64,000 bases of DNA. It comes from Bacteroidales bacterium UBA1794. GTDB lineage: Bacteria > Bacteroidota > Bacteroidia > Bacteroidales > Bacteroidaceae. The notes under the pieces are model-generated. The model worked only from the letters and a program-made list of their open reading frames with translations, was not told the origin of the DNA and searched no databases. The DNA lies in NCBI GenBank assembly GCA_002315435.1, contig DCFW01000005.1:50347-114346 (forward strand), read 5' to 3'. This document shows positions 7,986-16,764 of the stretch, one piece after another (the first letter of the stretch is position 1; each line of letters opens with the position of its first letter). The position numbers were made by a program, and so were the translations under genes.

Positions 7986-9707
7986 ATGCAAAAGAGAAAT
8001 AAAGCAAATTTATGGTTTCTTCTTAAGCCATATGCTAGATTAAATGTATGGATGTTGTTTCTTGCATTATTGGCAAGTGGCGCTAATTTGGTGCTGCCGA
8101 AAATAATATCTCGAGCAATTGATGATATCTCTCACGGAAGTACTCATTTGCGTGATTTGTCTGTCATATTTCTTTGTGTCTCAATTTTTATTGCACTTTT
8201 TACATGGCTACAAAGTATCGTACAAACCTATACTTCAGAGCAGGTTGCTCGTAATCTTCGTAGGGATTTATCGGATAAATTATTACGTCAATCTTTTTCT
8301 TCTGTATATAGAAGTGATAAGGCTAAATTACTGTCTGTAATGACATCGGATGTGGATTCTGTAAAAATGTTTGTATCCCAAGCTTTAGTCGCTATCGTGT
8401 CTTCTTTCTTTTTAATAATTGGTGTTCTAAGTGTATTGTTTTCTATAAATGTACAATTGACATTTGTCGTTTTATTAATATTACCGATAATAATTATTTT
8501 CTTTGTATTAATAATGCGTCGCGCAAAGCCTCAATTCAGGCTTGCTCGTAAGGCCATTGACAGATTAAATAACGTGATTAATCAAAATATTGTGGGATCC
8601 ATGCTGATACGTATTTTGAATTCACAGCAAAGCGAATGCGATAAATTCCTTCGTGCAAATGCCAATTCGCGAGATGTGGGACTTGCTATAGTCAAACTTT
8701 TTGCAACGATAGTGCCTCTTATTTCTTTTATAGGTGATGCCACTGTTTTTGTAGCAGTGTTGATGGGAGGACGTTTTGTAATTGATGGAGGAATGACTAT
8801 TGGTGATTTTGCTGCTTATAACAGTTATCTTTCAATTTTATTCTTTCCTATTATGGTTATTGGGTTTACGAGTAATGCTATTGCTCAAACTTCAGTGTCT
8901 TATCAGCGAATACATGATGTCTTAGATACACCGGAAGAAAAGGAAGAAGGAACTTTAGTTAAATCGATTAAGGGCGATATTGATGTTAATAATGTTTCAC
9001 TTACATATGATGGGATACCTATTTTAAAGGATATTTCATTGGATATACATGCTGGGTCCAAAGTGGCAATTCTAGGACCAACGGCAGCCGGTAAAACTCA
9101 ATTATTGTATTTGTTTTCAGGATTGATACCTCCTACAGGAGGGACGATTAATTACGATAATATACCGGTCGCTGCTTATGATCTTGATTCTTTTCATCAC
9201 CAAGTTGGAATTGTTTTTCAGGACAGTATCATTTTTAATTTATCCATTAGAGAAAATATTGCGTTTAGTCATACTGTAAGTGATGAAGCATTACTTACGG
9301 CTATTGATTCTGCCGAACTTAACGATTTTATTTCAGGCTTGCCTCAGGGGTTAGATACCTTGATAAGTGAACGTGGAAATAATCTATCCGGTGGTCAAAA
9401 ACAGCGTATCATGTTGGCACGTACATTAGCAATGAGGCCTAAAGTATTGCTTCTTGATGATTTTACTGCACGTGTGGACAATGAAACAGAAAGAAATATT
9501 CTTAAGAATTTGGCTGTAAATTATCCGGAAATGACAGTGATTTCTATTACGCAAAAGATATCATCAATAATTCATTTTGATAAAATAATTTTGATGATGG
9601 AAGGAGAAGTGATTTCTATCGGTACACATAATGAATTGCTCGAAAGTTGTACTGAATATATGCAGATATATCAATCTCAAAAAAGTACTCAGGGGTATGA
9701 AGTATAA
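7986..9707 (+). CDS. ABC exporter permease/ATPase fusion, subunit with degenerate ATP site
   Basis: An N-terminal 6-TM region is followed by an NBD. The NBD has Walker A GPTAAGKT and signature LSGGQKQR. Its Walker B is VLLLDD followed by F (catalytic Glu replaced by Asp), and its switch loop is ITQK (His replaced by Gln). The start is taken at ATG 7986; the track start at 7980 is TTG. Confidence 0.85.
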   Translation: MQKRNKANLWFLLKPYARLNVWMLFLALLASGANLVLPKIISRAIDDISHGSTHLRDLSVIFLCVSIFIALFTWLQSIVQTYTSEQVARNLRRDLSDKLLRQSFSSVYRSDKAKLLSVMTSDVDSVKMFVSQALVAIVSSFFLIIGVLSVLFSINVQLTFVVLLILPIIIIFFVLIMRRAKPQFRLARKAIDRLNNVINQNIVGSMLIRILNSQQSECDKFLRANANSRDVGLAIVKLFATIVPLISFIGDATVFVAVLMGGRFVIDGGMTIGDFAAYNSYLSILFFPIMVIGFTSNAIAQTSVSYQRIHDVLDTPEEKEEGTLVKSIKGDIDVNNVSLTYDGIPILKDISLDIHAGSKVAILGPTAAGKTQLLYLFSGLIPPTGGTINYDNIPVAAYDLDSFHHQVGIVFQDSIIFNLSIRENIAFSHTVSDEALLTAIDSAELNDFISGLPQGLDTLISERGNNLSGGQKQRIMLARTLAMRPKVLLLDDFTARVDNETERNILKNLAVNYPEMTVISITQKISSIIHFDKIILMMEGEVISIGTHNELLESCTEYMQIYQSQKSTQGYEV

Positions 9708-11436
9708 GTTGACTAACTCCGATGAACATAGTAAGGTAAATTACAAAACCTTACTTATTATTCTCCGGCATGAGAAGAGAAGTTTGTCGGTGGCATTTTT
9801 TAATATTGTGATCAATGCTGTATTAAATATGATGGCACCTTATTTAATAGGGGTTGCTGTTAATGATTACATGCAAACGAAGCATTATCATGGTGTTATA
9901 GTCGTTGCTTTCTCTTTGTTGGTTATTTACATAATTGTAGCTCTCACCGGGGTAATTCAGACAAAGGTGATGGGAGGTGTGGGACAACGTGTCCTTTTTG
10001 ACATTAGAAATAGACTATTTACGAAGTTACAAGATTTACCTGTTGATTTCTTTAATCAGAATAAATCGGGTGACTTGATTTCGCGTATTAATAATGATAC
10101 GAATAAATTGAATGAATTCTTTTCGCAATCATTGATACAATTTATGAACAGCATCTTCTTTATGGGAGGGGCTGTCGTGGCATTATTAACTCTTAATTTG
10201 CCTTTAGGAGCCTGTGCACTAGCTCCTGCGATTGTATTGCTGATTTTTACCCGGTTAACAAGTCGTTGGGTTAAGTATAACAATCGTAAGGCTATGCAAA
10301 CTTTAGGCTCACTAAGTGCAGAAATTCAAGAAAATTTGAATAATTTCAAGGTGATTGTTGCATTTAATAGACGTGATTTCTTTAGGAAAAAGTTTGACGA
10401 CATAAATTCTTCCAATTATCGTATATCTGTAAAGGTTGGTCTTATAAATGGCATGTATTCTCCTATCTATGGTATTTGCTCTAATATTGGGCAACTAGTT
10501 CTTTTATCGTTAGGTATATATATGATCTTGCAGGGTTCTTTTACTGTAGGATTTCTTATTAGTTTTATTACATATGTCGGATATTTCTATGACCCATTAC
10601 GACGTATGGCGGTACTGTGGGCTACTTTTCAAACAGCAATGGCTGCTTGGGATCGAATATGGGAGATACTTTCACTTGAAAGCGATTTACCCGTCACAAA
10701 AGAGGACAGTTGTGCAGATTCATCTTTACTATCTTTCCACGACGTGACTTTTTCATATTCTGATGGTTCTGAAGTTCTACATCATATTAATATCCAGCTT
10801 AAACCGGGTAAAACTTATGCTTTTGTAGGTCCTACCGGAGGAGGAAAAACAACGACCGCTTCATTAATGGCTCGACTTTATGATCCCACAGAAGGTAATA
10901 TCTATTTTCAAGGAAAAGACATACGTAGCTATACTTCGGCAGAGAGAGCAGACAAGATTGGTTTTATTCTGCAAGATCCTATTCTTTTCCAGGGAACAGT
11001 CTTGGAAAATCTGATGTATGGAAATGAAATGTTGCAGCACCTTACGCCGGAAGATATTGAACAACATATTGCTCAACTGGGATTAAAAAAACTATTGGAT
11101 AGATTTGATTCAGGATTACAGACAGAAATAGGAACGAATGAAACCATTAGTTTAGGACAAAAGCAATTGATTGCATTTATGCGTGCTGTTCTTCGGCGTC
11201 CACAGTTACTTATATTGGATGAAGCAACTGCTAATATTGATACAGTTAGTGAACAGTTGCTGGAGGAAATACTAAACCATCTTCCTCACGATACAACTAA
11301 AGTTATTATTGCTCACCGATTAAATACGATAGAAAACTCGGATGATATATTTTTTGTTAATTCAGGCGGAATAGTGAAAGCAGGCTCTTCTGCAGAGGCT
11401 TATGATATGTTGCAGAACGGAGCAAGGCTATCATAA
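9697..11436 (+). CDS. ABC exporter permease/ATPase fusion, subunit with consensus ATP site
   Basis: A TM domain is followed by an NBD with Walker A GPTGGGKT, Walker B LLILDEAT and H-loop IIAHRL. Its signature is degenerate (ISLGQKQ). The start is placed at ATG 9697 (MKYKLTNSDE), overlapping the upstream stop by 11 nt. The track start at 9631 lies inside the upstream gene. Confidence 0.85.
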   Translation: MKYKLTNSDEHSKVNYKTLLIILRHEKRSLSVAFFNIVINAVLNMMAPYLIGVAVNDYMQTKHYHGVIVVAFSLLVIYIIVALTGVIQTKVMGGVGQRVLFDIRNRLFTKLQDLPVDFFNQNKSGDLISRINNDTNKLNEFFSQSLIQFMNSIFFMGGAVVALLTLNLPLGACALAPAIVLLIFTRLTSRWVKYNNRKAMQTLGSLSAEIQENLNNFKVIVAFNRRDFFRKKFDDINSSNYRISVKVGLINGMYSPIYGICSNIGQLVLLSLGIYMILQGSFTVGFLISFITYVGYFYDPLRRMAVLWATFQTAMAAWDRIWEILSLESDLPVTKEDSCADSSLLSFHDVTFSYSDGSEVLHHINIQLKPGKTYAFVGPTGGGKTTTASLMARLYDPTEGNIYFQGKDIRSYTSAERADKIGFILQDPILFQGTVLENLMYGNEMLQHLTPEDIEQHIAQLGLKKLLDRFDSGLQTEIGTNETISLGQKQLIAFMRAVLRRPQLLILDEATANIDTVSEQLLEEILNHLPHDTTKVIIAHRLNTIENSDDIFFVNSGGIVKAGSSAEAYDMLQNGARLS

Positions 11437-11606
11437 AGCTTTTTAATAGGTTCTATGGTCTAAATTTGTTCACTAGTGCCGTAGCTTAATAAGCTCTAAA
11501 GAACTGCTAACTAAATGAAAATTCTGTACAAAAGTTTTGTTATATCAGAATATTTCCCGAATTTTGCAATTGATCAGGAGTTTAAGTTAAATTAAAAATT
11601 AGACAT

Positions 11607-12170
11607 ATGTATATAGATTTTAATAGGAAACCTTTATCTAATATATTCGAAAATGCTACATCAATCTATGATTATTATTGGTTCTTGGCAATCTTGGATT
11701 ATTTGAAAGGTCGTCAATACGCTACAATTTCTTTTAATAAGTTGGCAATTAGCATGGTGGCAAGGGTCTGGTATGCCATCCAACAAGAGGACTCAAAATT
11801 AGACCGGATGGATAAAATGCCTCAGTATTGTGAACAATTACGTGTCGCATATAATATTCCGATTGAAAGTAACTATATAACTGTTGTTCGTATCTTGTCT
11901 GAAAATAGAGACGATGAATTGATTTGCAATGTAATGAAGGATTTAACCAAAGATGTACCGTATCGTTTTCTAACAACTTGGATCCCGTTCCCATCAGATG
12001 CAGCAATTGTTCATCATTCTCAAGCTTATGAAAACAATTGTTTGTATCGTATTAATGATTTCGCTGAAAAGAGTATTACGATTAATCCACTATGGAAAGA
12101 TCATTTACAGCAACAATATAGCAACTTGGTAACGATGACCTATAGGCTGATTGATACTTTTATTAAATGA
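11607..12170 (+). CDS. Hypothetical protein (187 aa, soluble, no family recognised)
   Basis: Clean ATG ORF flanked by 170-nt and 139-nt intergenic regions. No signal peptide or TM segment. No motif that I can name. Confidence 0.55.
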   Translation: MYIDFNRKPLSNIFENATSIYDYYWFLAILDYLKGRQYATISFNKLAISMVARVWYAIQQEDSKLDRMDKMPQYCEQLRVAYNIPIESNYITVVRILSENRDDELICNVMKDLTKDVPYRFLTTWIPFPSDAAIVHHSQAYENNCLYRINDFAEKSITINPLWKDHLQQQYSNLVTMTYRLIDTFIK

Positions 12171-12261
12171 TGAAGTCCCATAAATCTAAGTTATAACTAT
12201 ACTATTTTAGTTAATCCTTTAAAAATCCTTGCGCTTTCTTCTGATAATCTAGATTTATCAC

Positions 12262-12269
12262 TATTTTTG
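12262..12269 (+). promoter_or_regulatory. Bacteroides-type -7 box (TATTTTTG)
   Basis: TAnnTTTG match 40 nt upstream of the speA ATG. Confidence 0.4.
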
Positions 12270-12309
12270 CAGTATTATTAACTTGCATATAATAGTATAA
12301 GGGTTTGAA

Positions 12310-14205
12310 ATGAGAAAATGGCGTATTGAGGATTCAGAGGAATTATATAACATCATCGGATGGGGAACTTCTTATTTTAAGATTAATGAGAAGGGACATG
12401 TGGTTGTTACTCCTAAAAAAAATGGGATTGAAGTCGATTTAAAGGAATTAGTTGATGAGCTCTCCTTAAGAGATGTCACTGCTCCGATGTTGATTCGTTT
12501 TCCCGACATTCTGGACAACAGAATTGAAAAAATCTCTAATTGTTTTGCAAAAGCTGCTAAGGAATACGATTATAAGGCACAGAACTTTATCATATATCCA
12601 ATAAAGGTTAATCAAATGAAGCCTGTGGTGGAAGAAATTATAAGCCATGGGAAGAAATTTAATCTTGGACTTGAAGCAGGTTCAAAGCCTGAATTGCATG
12701 CAGTCATAGCAATTAATACTGATTCTGATTCATTGATTGTCTGTAATGGGTACAAGGATGAAAGTTATATAGAATTGGCATTACTAGCCCAAAAAATGGG
12801 TAAACGCGTATTCTTGGTTGTTGAGAAATTAAATGAGTTAAAACTAATTGCTAAAAAAGCTCGTCAATTAAACGTTCGCCCTAATATTGGCATACGCATA
12901 AAGCTGGCATCATCAGGCAGTGGTAAATGGGAAGATAGTGGAGGAGATGCAAGTAAGTTTGGTCTTACTTCAAGTGAATTGCTTGATGCACTTGATTTTT
13001 TAGAAAAGAATGATCTAAAAGATTGTTTAAGGCTAATCCATTTCCACATTGGTAGTCAAGTTACAAAAATTCGTCGTATTAAAACTGCTTTACGTGAAGC
13101 TTCACAATTTTATGTTCAACTCTATGGGATGGGTTTCAATGTAGAATTCGTGGATATTGGCGGAGGTTTAGGAGTGGATTATGATGGTACACGCTCAGCA
13201 AATAGTGAGAGTAGTGTAAACTATTCTGTTCAAGAATATGTAAACGATTCAATTTCTACATTAGTGGATGCCAGCGATAAAAAAGGGATTCCTCATCCGA
13301 ATATTATAACAGAAAGCGGACGATCTCTTACAGCTCACCATTCATTATTAATATTTGAAGTATTGGAAACAGCTTCTCTGCCTGAATGGGATGATAGTGT
13401 AGAGGTTGCCGATGATGATAATGATTTGGTACGTGAATTATATGATATCTGGGATACGTTAAACCAAAATCGGATGCTAGAATCGTGGCATGATGCACAA
13501 CAAATTCGTGAAGAAGCTCTTGATTTATTCAGTCATGGAATTGTTGACTTAAAAACACGTGCAAAAATCGAACGGCTCTATTGGTCTATTACTCGTGAAA
13601 TAAATCATATTGCACAAACATTAAAACATGTTCCCGATGAGTTTCGTCAGTTGCCGAAATTATTAGCTGATAAGTATTTCTGTAATTTCTCACTGTTCCA
13701 AAGTTTGCCTGATTCTTGGGCGATTGATCAGATATTTCCTATTATGCCGATTGCTCGATTGGATGAAAAGCCTGATAGAACATGTACCATACAGGATATA
13801 ACATGCGATTCTGATGGGAAAATTGCTAATTTTATATCGCCACGTAGTATCCAGAATTATTTACCGGTGCATCGACTTCGTCCTAAAGAACCTTATTATA
13901 TGGGGGTCTTTCTTGTTGGAGCCTATCAGGAGATTCTTGGTGATATGCATAATTTGTTTGGTGATACCAATGCGGTTCATGTGACAGTTAATGAGAAGGG
14001 ATATAGCATAGATCAAATTATTGACGGCGAAACGGTTGCTGAAGTATTGGATTATGTTCAGTATAGCCCCAAAAAATTAGTTCGAACCTTGGAAACATGG
14101 GTAAGTAAATCTGTAAAGGATGGAAAAATTACATTGGAAGAAGGTAAAGAATTTCTGGCTAATTATCGATCGGGGCTTTATGGATATACATATTTAGAAA
14201 AATGA
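12310..14205 (+). CDS. speA: Biosynthetic arginine decarboxylase
   Basis: 631 aa. The N-terminal WRIEDSEELYNIIGWGTSYF, the PLP-lysine region YPIKVNQ, and GGGLGVDYDG are typical of SpeA. Confidence 0.95.
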   Translation: MRKWRIEDSEELYNIIGWGTSYFKINEKGHVVVTPKKNGIEVDLKELVDELSLRDVTAPMLIRFPDILDNRIEKISNCFAKAAKEYDYKAQNFIIYPIKVNQMKPVVEEIISHGKKFNLGLEAGSKPELHAVIAINTDSDSLIVCNGYKDESYIELALLAQKMGKRVFLVVEKLNELKLIAKKARQLNVRPNIGIRIKLASSGSGKWEDSGGDASKFGLTSSELLDALDFLEKNDLKDCLRLIHFHIGSQVTKIRRIKTALREASQFYVQLYGMGFNVEFVDIGGGLGVDYDGTRSANSESSVNYSVQEYVNDSISTLVDASDKKGIPHPNIITESGRSLTAHHSLLIFEVLETASLPEWDDSVEVADDDNDLVRELYDIWDTLNQNRMLESWHDAQQIREEALDLFSHGIVDLKTRAKIERLYWSITREINHIAQTLKHVPDEFRQLPKLLADKYFCNFSLFQSLPDSWAIDQIFPIMPIARLDEKPDRTCTIQDITCDSDGKIANFISPRSIQNYLPVHRLRPKEPYYMGVFLVGAYQEILGDMHNLFGDTNAVHVTVNEKGYSIDQIIDGETVAEVLDYVQYSPKKLVRTLETWVSKSVKDGKITLEEGKEFLANYRSGLYGYTYLEK

Positions 14206-14978
14206 AAGATAAGTTGACAATAGTAAAAGTAGGAGGAAAAATAGTAGAGGATGCTGAATCTCTTTCAAATTTATTGAATGATTTTTCTCAATTGAGTGGC
14301 TATAAAGTTTTGGTTCATGGTGGCGGTCGTAGCGCAACGCGGATTGCGACGCGGCTAGGAATTGAAACTAAAATGATAAATGGACGTCGCATTACTGATG
14401 AGGATATGCTGCAAGTTGTGACAATGGTCTATGGCGGTTTAGTTAATAAAAACGTCGTAGCCAAATTACAAGGACTAGGATTAAATGCGATAGGATTGAC
14501 CGGGGCAGATATGGATGTGATAAGATCAGACAAACGTCCGGTTCGAGAGATTGATTATGGTTTTGCAGGTGATGTAAAGAGTGTAAATGGTGAAATACTG
14601 GCAATGCTGATAAAGAAAAATATCATTCCTGTAATGGCTCCGCTTACTCATGATGGGATGGGGCATATGCTAAATACAAATGCAGATACAATCGCTGCTG
14701 AAATTGCAAAATCATTAGCAAAATATTTTGATGTAACACTTACTTATTGTTTTGATAGAAAAGGAGTGCTACGTGATGAAAATGACGAGAACAGTGTGAT
14801 AAATTTAATAGATCCCGTCATATATAAAAAATTAAAAGAAGATGGAGTAGTATGTGGAGGTATGTTGCCAAAAATGGATAACGCTTTTTCTGCTATTAAT
14901 GCCGGCGTAAGTCAGGTTATTATTACTTCTTCTGAAGATTTGAGCGGAAAATACGCTACTGTAATAAAAAACAAATAA
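14202..14978 (+). CDS. argB: Acetylglutamate kinase family (amino acid kinase)
   Basis: 258 aa. The N-terminal IVKVGGK..., VLVHGGG, and NTNADTIAAEIA are typical of ArgB. Its start overlaps the speA stop (ATGA at 14202-14205). Confidence 0.85.
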   Translation: MKDKLTIVKVGGKIVEDAESLSNLLNDFSQLSGYKVLVHGGGRSATRIATRLGIETKMINGRRITDEDMLQVVTMVYGGLVNKNVVAKLQGLGLNAIGLTGADMDVIRSDKRPVREIDYGFAGDVKSVNGEILAMLIKKNIIPVMAPLTHDGMGHMLNTNADTIAAEIAKSLAKYFDVTLTYCFDRKGVLRDENDENSVINLIDPVIYKKLKEDGVVCGGMLPKMDNAFSAINAGVSQVIITSSEDLSGKYATVIKNK

Positions 14979-15009
14979 AAAAGAATGGTTAGCTTGTAAC
15001 TTTTGGTTG

Positions 15010-15543
15010 ATGAACCCGTCATTAATTATAGAAACGCATGAAAAGTTCTTTCGAGACAATATTTTGCCATTGAAGGATAAGCTTTTTAGAATGGCCTTAA
15101 GAATAACTTTCGATAGGGCTGAATCTGAAGATATTGTCCAAGATACGATGATTCGTGCGTGGGATAAAAGAGAAGAGTGGCAGACAATAGATTCTATTGA
15201 AGCTTTTTGCATGACCGTTTGTCGTAATTTAGCGATTGATAGAAGTCAAAAAGTGGAAGCGAAGAATTTGGAATTGACTCCAGAGATCTCTGAACAAAAA
15301 GAAACAGCTGACCCTGACGATAGATTGGCTAGTGATGAACGGGTTGAGATCATTTACAAGCTCATGAATCAATTACCTCCTCCACAGCGTGAAATAATGG
15401 AATTGAGGGATATAGAAGGGATGAGCTATAAAGAAATTTCTAAAGTATTAAATCTTAGCGAAGAGCAAGTTAAAGTCTATTTGTTCAGAGCAAGACAAAA
15501 AATAAAAAAAAGTTTTACAAATATAGATAATTATGGATTATAA
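15010..15543 (+). CDS. RNA polymerase ECF-type sigma-70 factor
   Basis: Region 2 is DIVQDTMIRAW. The region 4 HTH is MSYKEISKVLNLSEEQVKVYLFRARQKI. The start is taken at ATG 15010; the track start at 15007 is TTG. Confidence 0.85.
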   Translation: MNPSLIIETHEKFFRDNILPLKDKLFRMALRITFDRAESEDIVQDTMIRAWDKREEWQTIDSIEAFCMTVCRNLAIDRSQKVEAKNLELTPEISEQKETADPDDRLASDERVEIIYKLMNQLPPPQREIMELRDIEGMSYKEISKVLNLSEEQVKVYLFRARQKIKKSFTNIDNYGL

Positions 15544-16066
15544 ATATATAGAACAACTTTTGGGACGTTACTGGCAATGTGAAACTTCTATTGAAGAAGA
15601 ACAAATATTGCGAGTGTTCTTTTCACAGAAGGGCATTCCTGATGATTTACGTCCATATCAATCGTTATTTGTTTATGAACAATCATTAAGCAATGAAAAA
15701 TTGGGAGAGGATTTTGATAATAAAATTCTTGAACGTATCAGTGCTCCAGTTGTGAAAGCAAGAAAACTAACCCTAGTGGGGCGTTTTATGCCTATGCTAA
15801 GGGCCGCGGCTATGGTGGCTATACTTTTTACATTGGGCAATGTGGCACAACAGACTTTTTTTGCTAATGATAAAAATGTACTAGATTATAATTACGCCTC
15901 ATATAAAGATACATACAGTGATCCCAAAATGGCTTACGAGCAAATCAGTTCGGCATTACAAAAGGTATCAAAAGGTATCAATAAGTCTCACAAATTGATG
16001 GCGGATAGCTTACACCGTCCAAATGGGGCTGATACTGGAGCTAATCATATAGACGTTGAAGAATAG
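15533..16066 (+). CDS. Putative anti-sigma factor-like membrane protein
   Basis: 177 aa. It overlaps the sigma gene by 11 nt and has a single central TM segment (AAAMVAILFTLGNVA). The call is from position and topology only. Confidence 0.5.
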   Translation: MDYKYIEQLLGRYWQCETSIEEEQILRVFFSQKGIPDDLRPYQSLFVYEQSLSNEKLGEDFDNKILERISAPVVKARKLTLVGRFMPMLRAAAMVAILFTLGNVAQQTFFANDKNVLDYNYASYKDTYSDPKMAYEQISSALQKVSKGINKSHKLMADSLHRPNGADTGANHIDVEE

Positions 16067-16068
16067 TG

Positions 16069-16548
16069 ATGATGAAGAAACTTTTGTTACTAGTTTGTCT
16101 CTGCATAGTTTCTATTTCTTTAGTAGCGCAGGATTTTACAACTAGGTTTATGCAGAGTCATAAAATGGACAAAAATTTAAAATGCGTGACAATTAGTCCA
16201 AAGATGATGGAAAAGGTGATGAATTTAAATATGGATGATGGTATGATGAAGATGATCTCTGATTTGAAAAGTATGCAAATGGTAACGGCAAAAATTCATG
16301 TTAAGAGATATTACCATGAGGCTGTTGCATTAGCGAAAAAAAATGCTGATCGTTTTTTGCCTTATGCATCATACGGGCGTAAGAAACTTAATTATGAGAT
16401 AATGATTCGCAAAAGGCGAAAAGCTATAGTTGAATTGGTCATGTTGATGTGTGAGGATGATAATTTCTCTGTAATTAATTTTACAGGTAATATGGATAGA
16501 AGGTTCATTGATAAATTAGCCTCATCAATGGGAGCAAATTCCCGATAA
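16069..16548 (+). CDS. DUF4252-like secreted protein
   Basis: Signal peptide MMKKLLLLVCLCIVSISLVAQ. The size and position, third gene after an ECF sigma, are typical of DUF4252 in Bacteroidetes. GTG 16066 or ATG 16072 are alternative starts. Confidence 0.6.
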   Translation: MMKKLLLLVCLCIVSISLVAQDFTTRFMQSHKMDKNLKCVTISPKMMEKVMNLNMDDGMMKMISDLKSMQMVTAKIHVKRYYHEAVALAKKNADRFLPYASYGRKKLNYEIMIRKRRKAIVELVMLMCEDDNFSVINFTGNMDRRFIDKLASSMGANSR

Positions 16549-16670
16549 TGGAAACAGAAATTTTTATTTGCTTTTAAAATATAATTCGTTAGTGTGCTTG
16601 ATTAAAACAAAAATTCTTTGAAGCTGTGAAGCTTCAATTCTCTCAAAATCTTTCATAAGTACTAACTATA

Positions 16671-16710
16671 AAAAGAGCCCTTGGATAATAAACAAGGGTT
16701 CTTTTATTTT
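16671..16710 (+). terminator. Intrinsic terminator after the ECF sigma operon
   Basis: 16675-16683 GAGCCCTTG pairs with 16693-16701 CAAGGGTTC (one G-U pair). It is flanked by an A-run and followed by TTTTATTTT. Confidence 0.7.
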
Positions 16711-16712
16711 TG

Positions 16713-16720
16713 TACCTTTG
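16713..16720 (+). promoter_or_regulatory. Bacteroides-type -7 box (TACCTTTG)
   Basis: TAnnTTTG match 44 nt upstream of the ATG at 16765. Confidence 0.4.
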
Positions 16721-16764
16721 CTATGAGTAAGTAATAACTGAGTATTTATAGTAGAAACTGTAGT

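Noticed and set aside
9631-9696. Long N-terminal extensions suggested by the ORF track for several genes: 9631 (ABC 2), 41767 (OstA-like), 37596 (guaB), 27754 (rnhB), 17566 (rimP), 49451 (AraC), 29359 (corA), 33197 (clpP) and 7980 (ABC 1).
   Set aside because: The extensions overlap the upstream gene, a promoter box or a terminator, or begin at TTG/GTG. An internal ATG gives the N-terminus and length expected for each family, so starts were moved to those ATGs.
14832-15212. 126-aa minus-strand ORF overlapping the end of argB and the start of the ECF sigma gene.
   Set aside because: It is antisense to two well-supported genes and has a Ser/Ile/Phe-rich composition typical of shadow frames in AT-rich DNA.
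16618-16637. 8-bp hairpin TTGAAGCT-GTGA-AGCTTCAA (GNRA-type loop) about 70 nt after the DUF4252-like gene.
   Set aside because: It is short, has no U-run and shows no second copy. The real terminator is 35 nt further on. There is too little evidence to assign a function.
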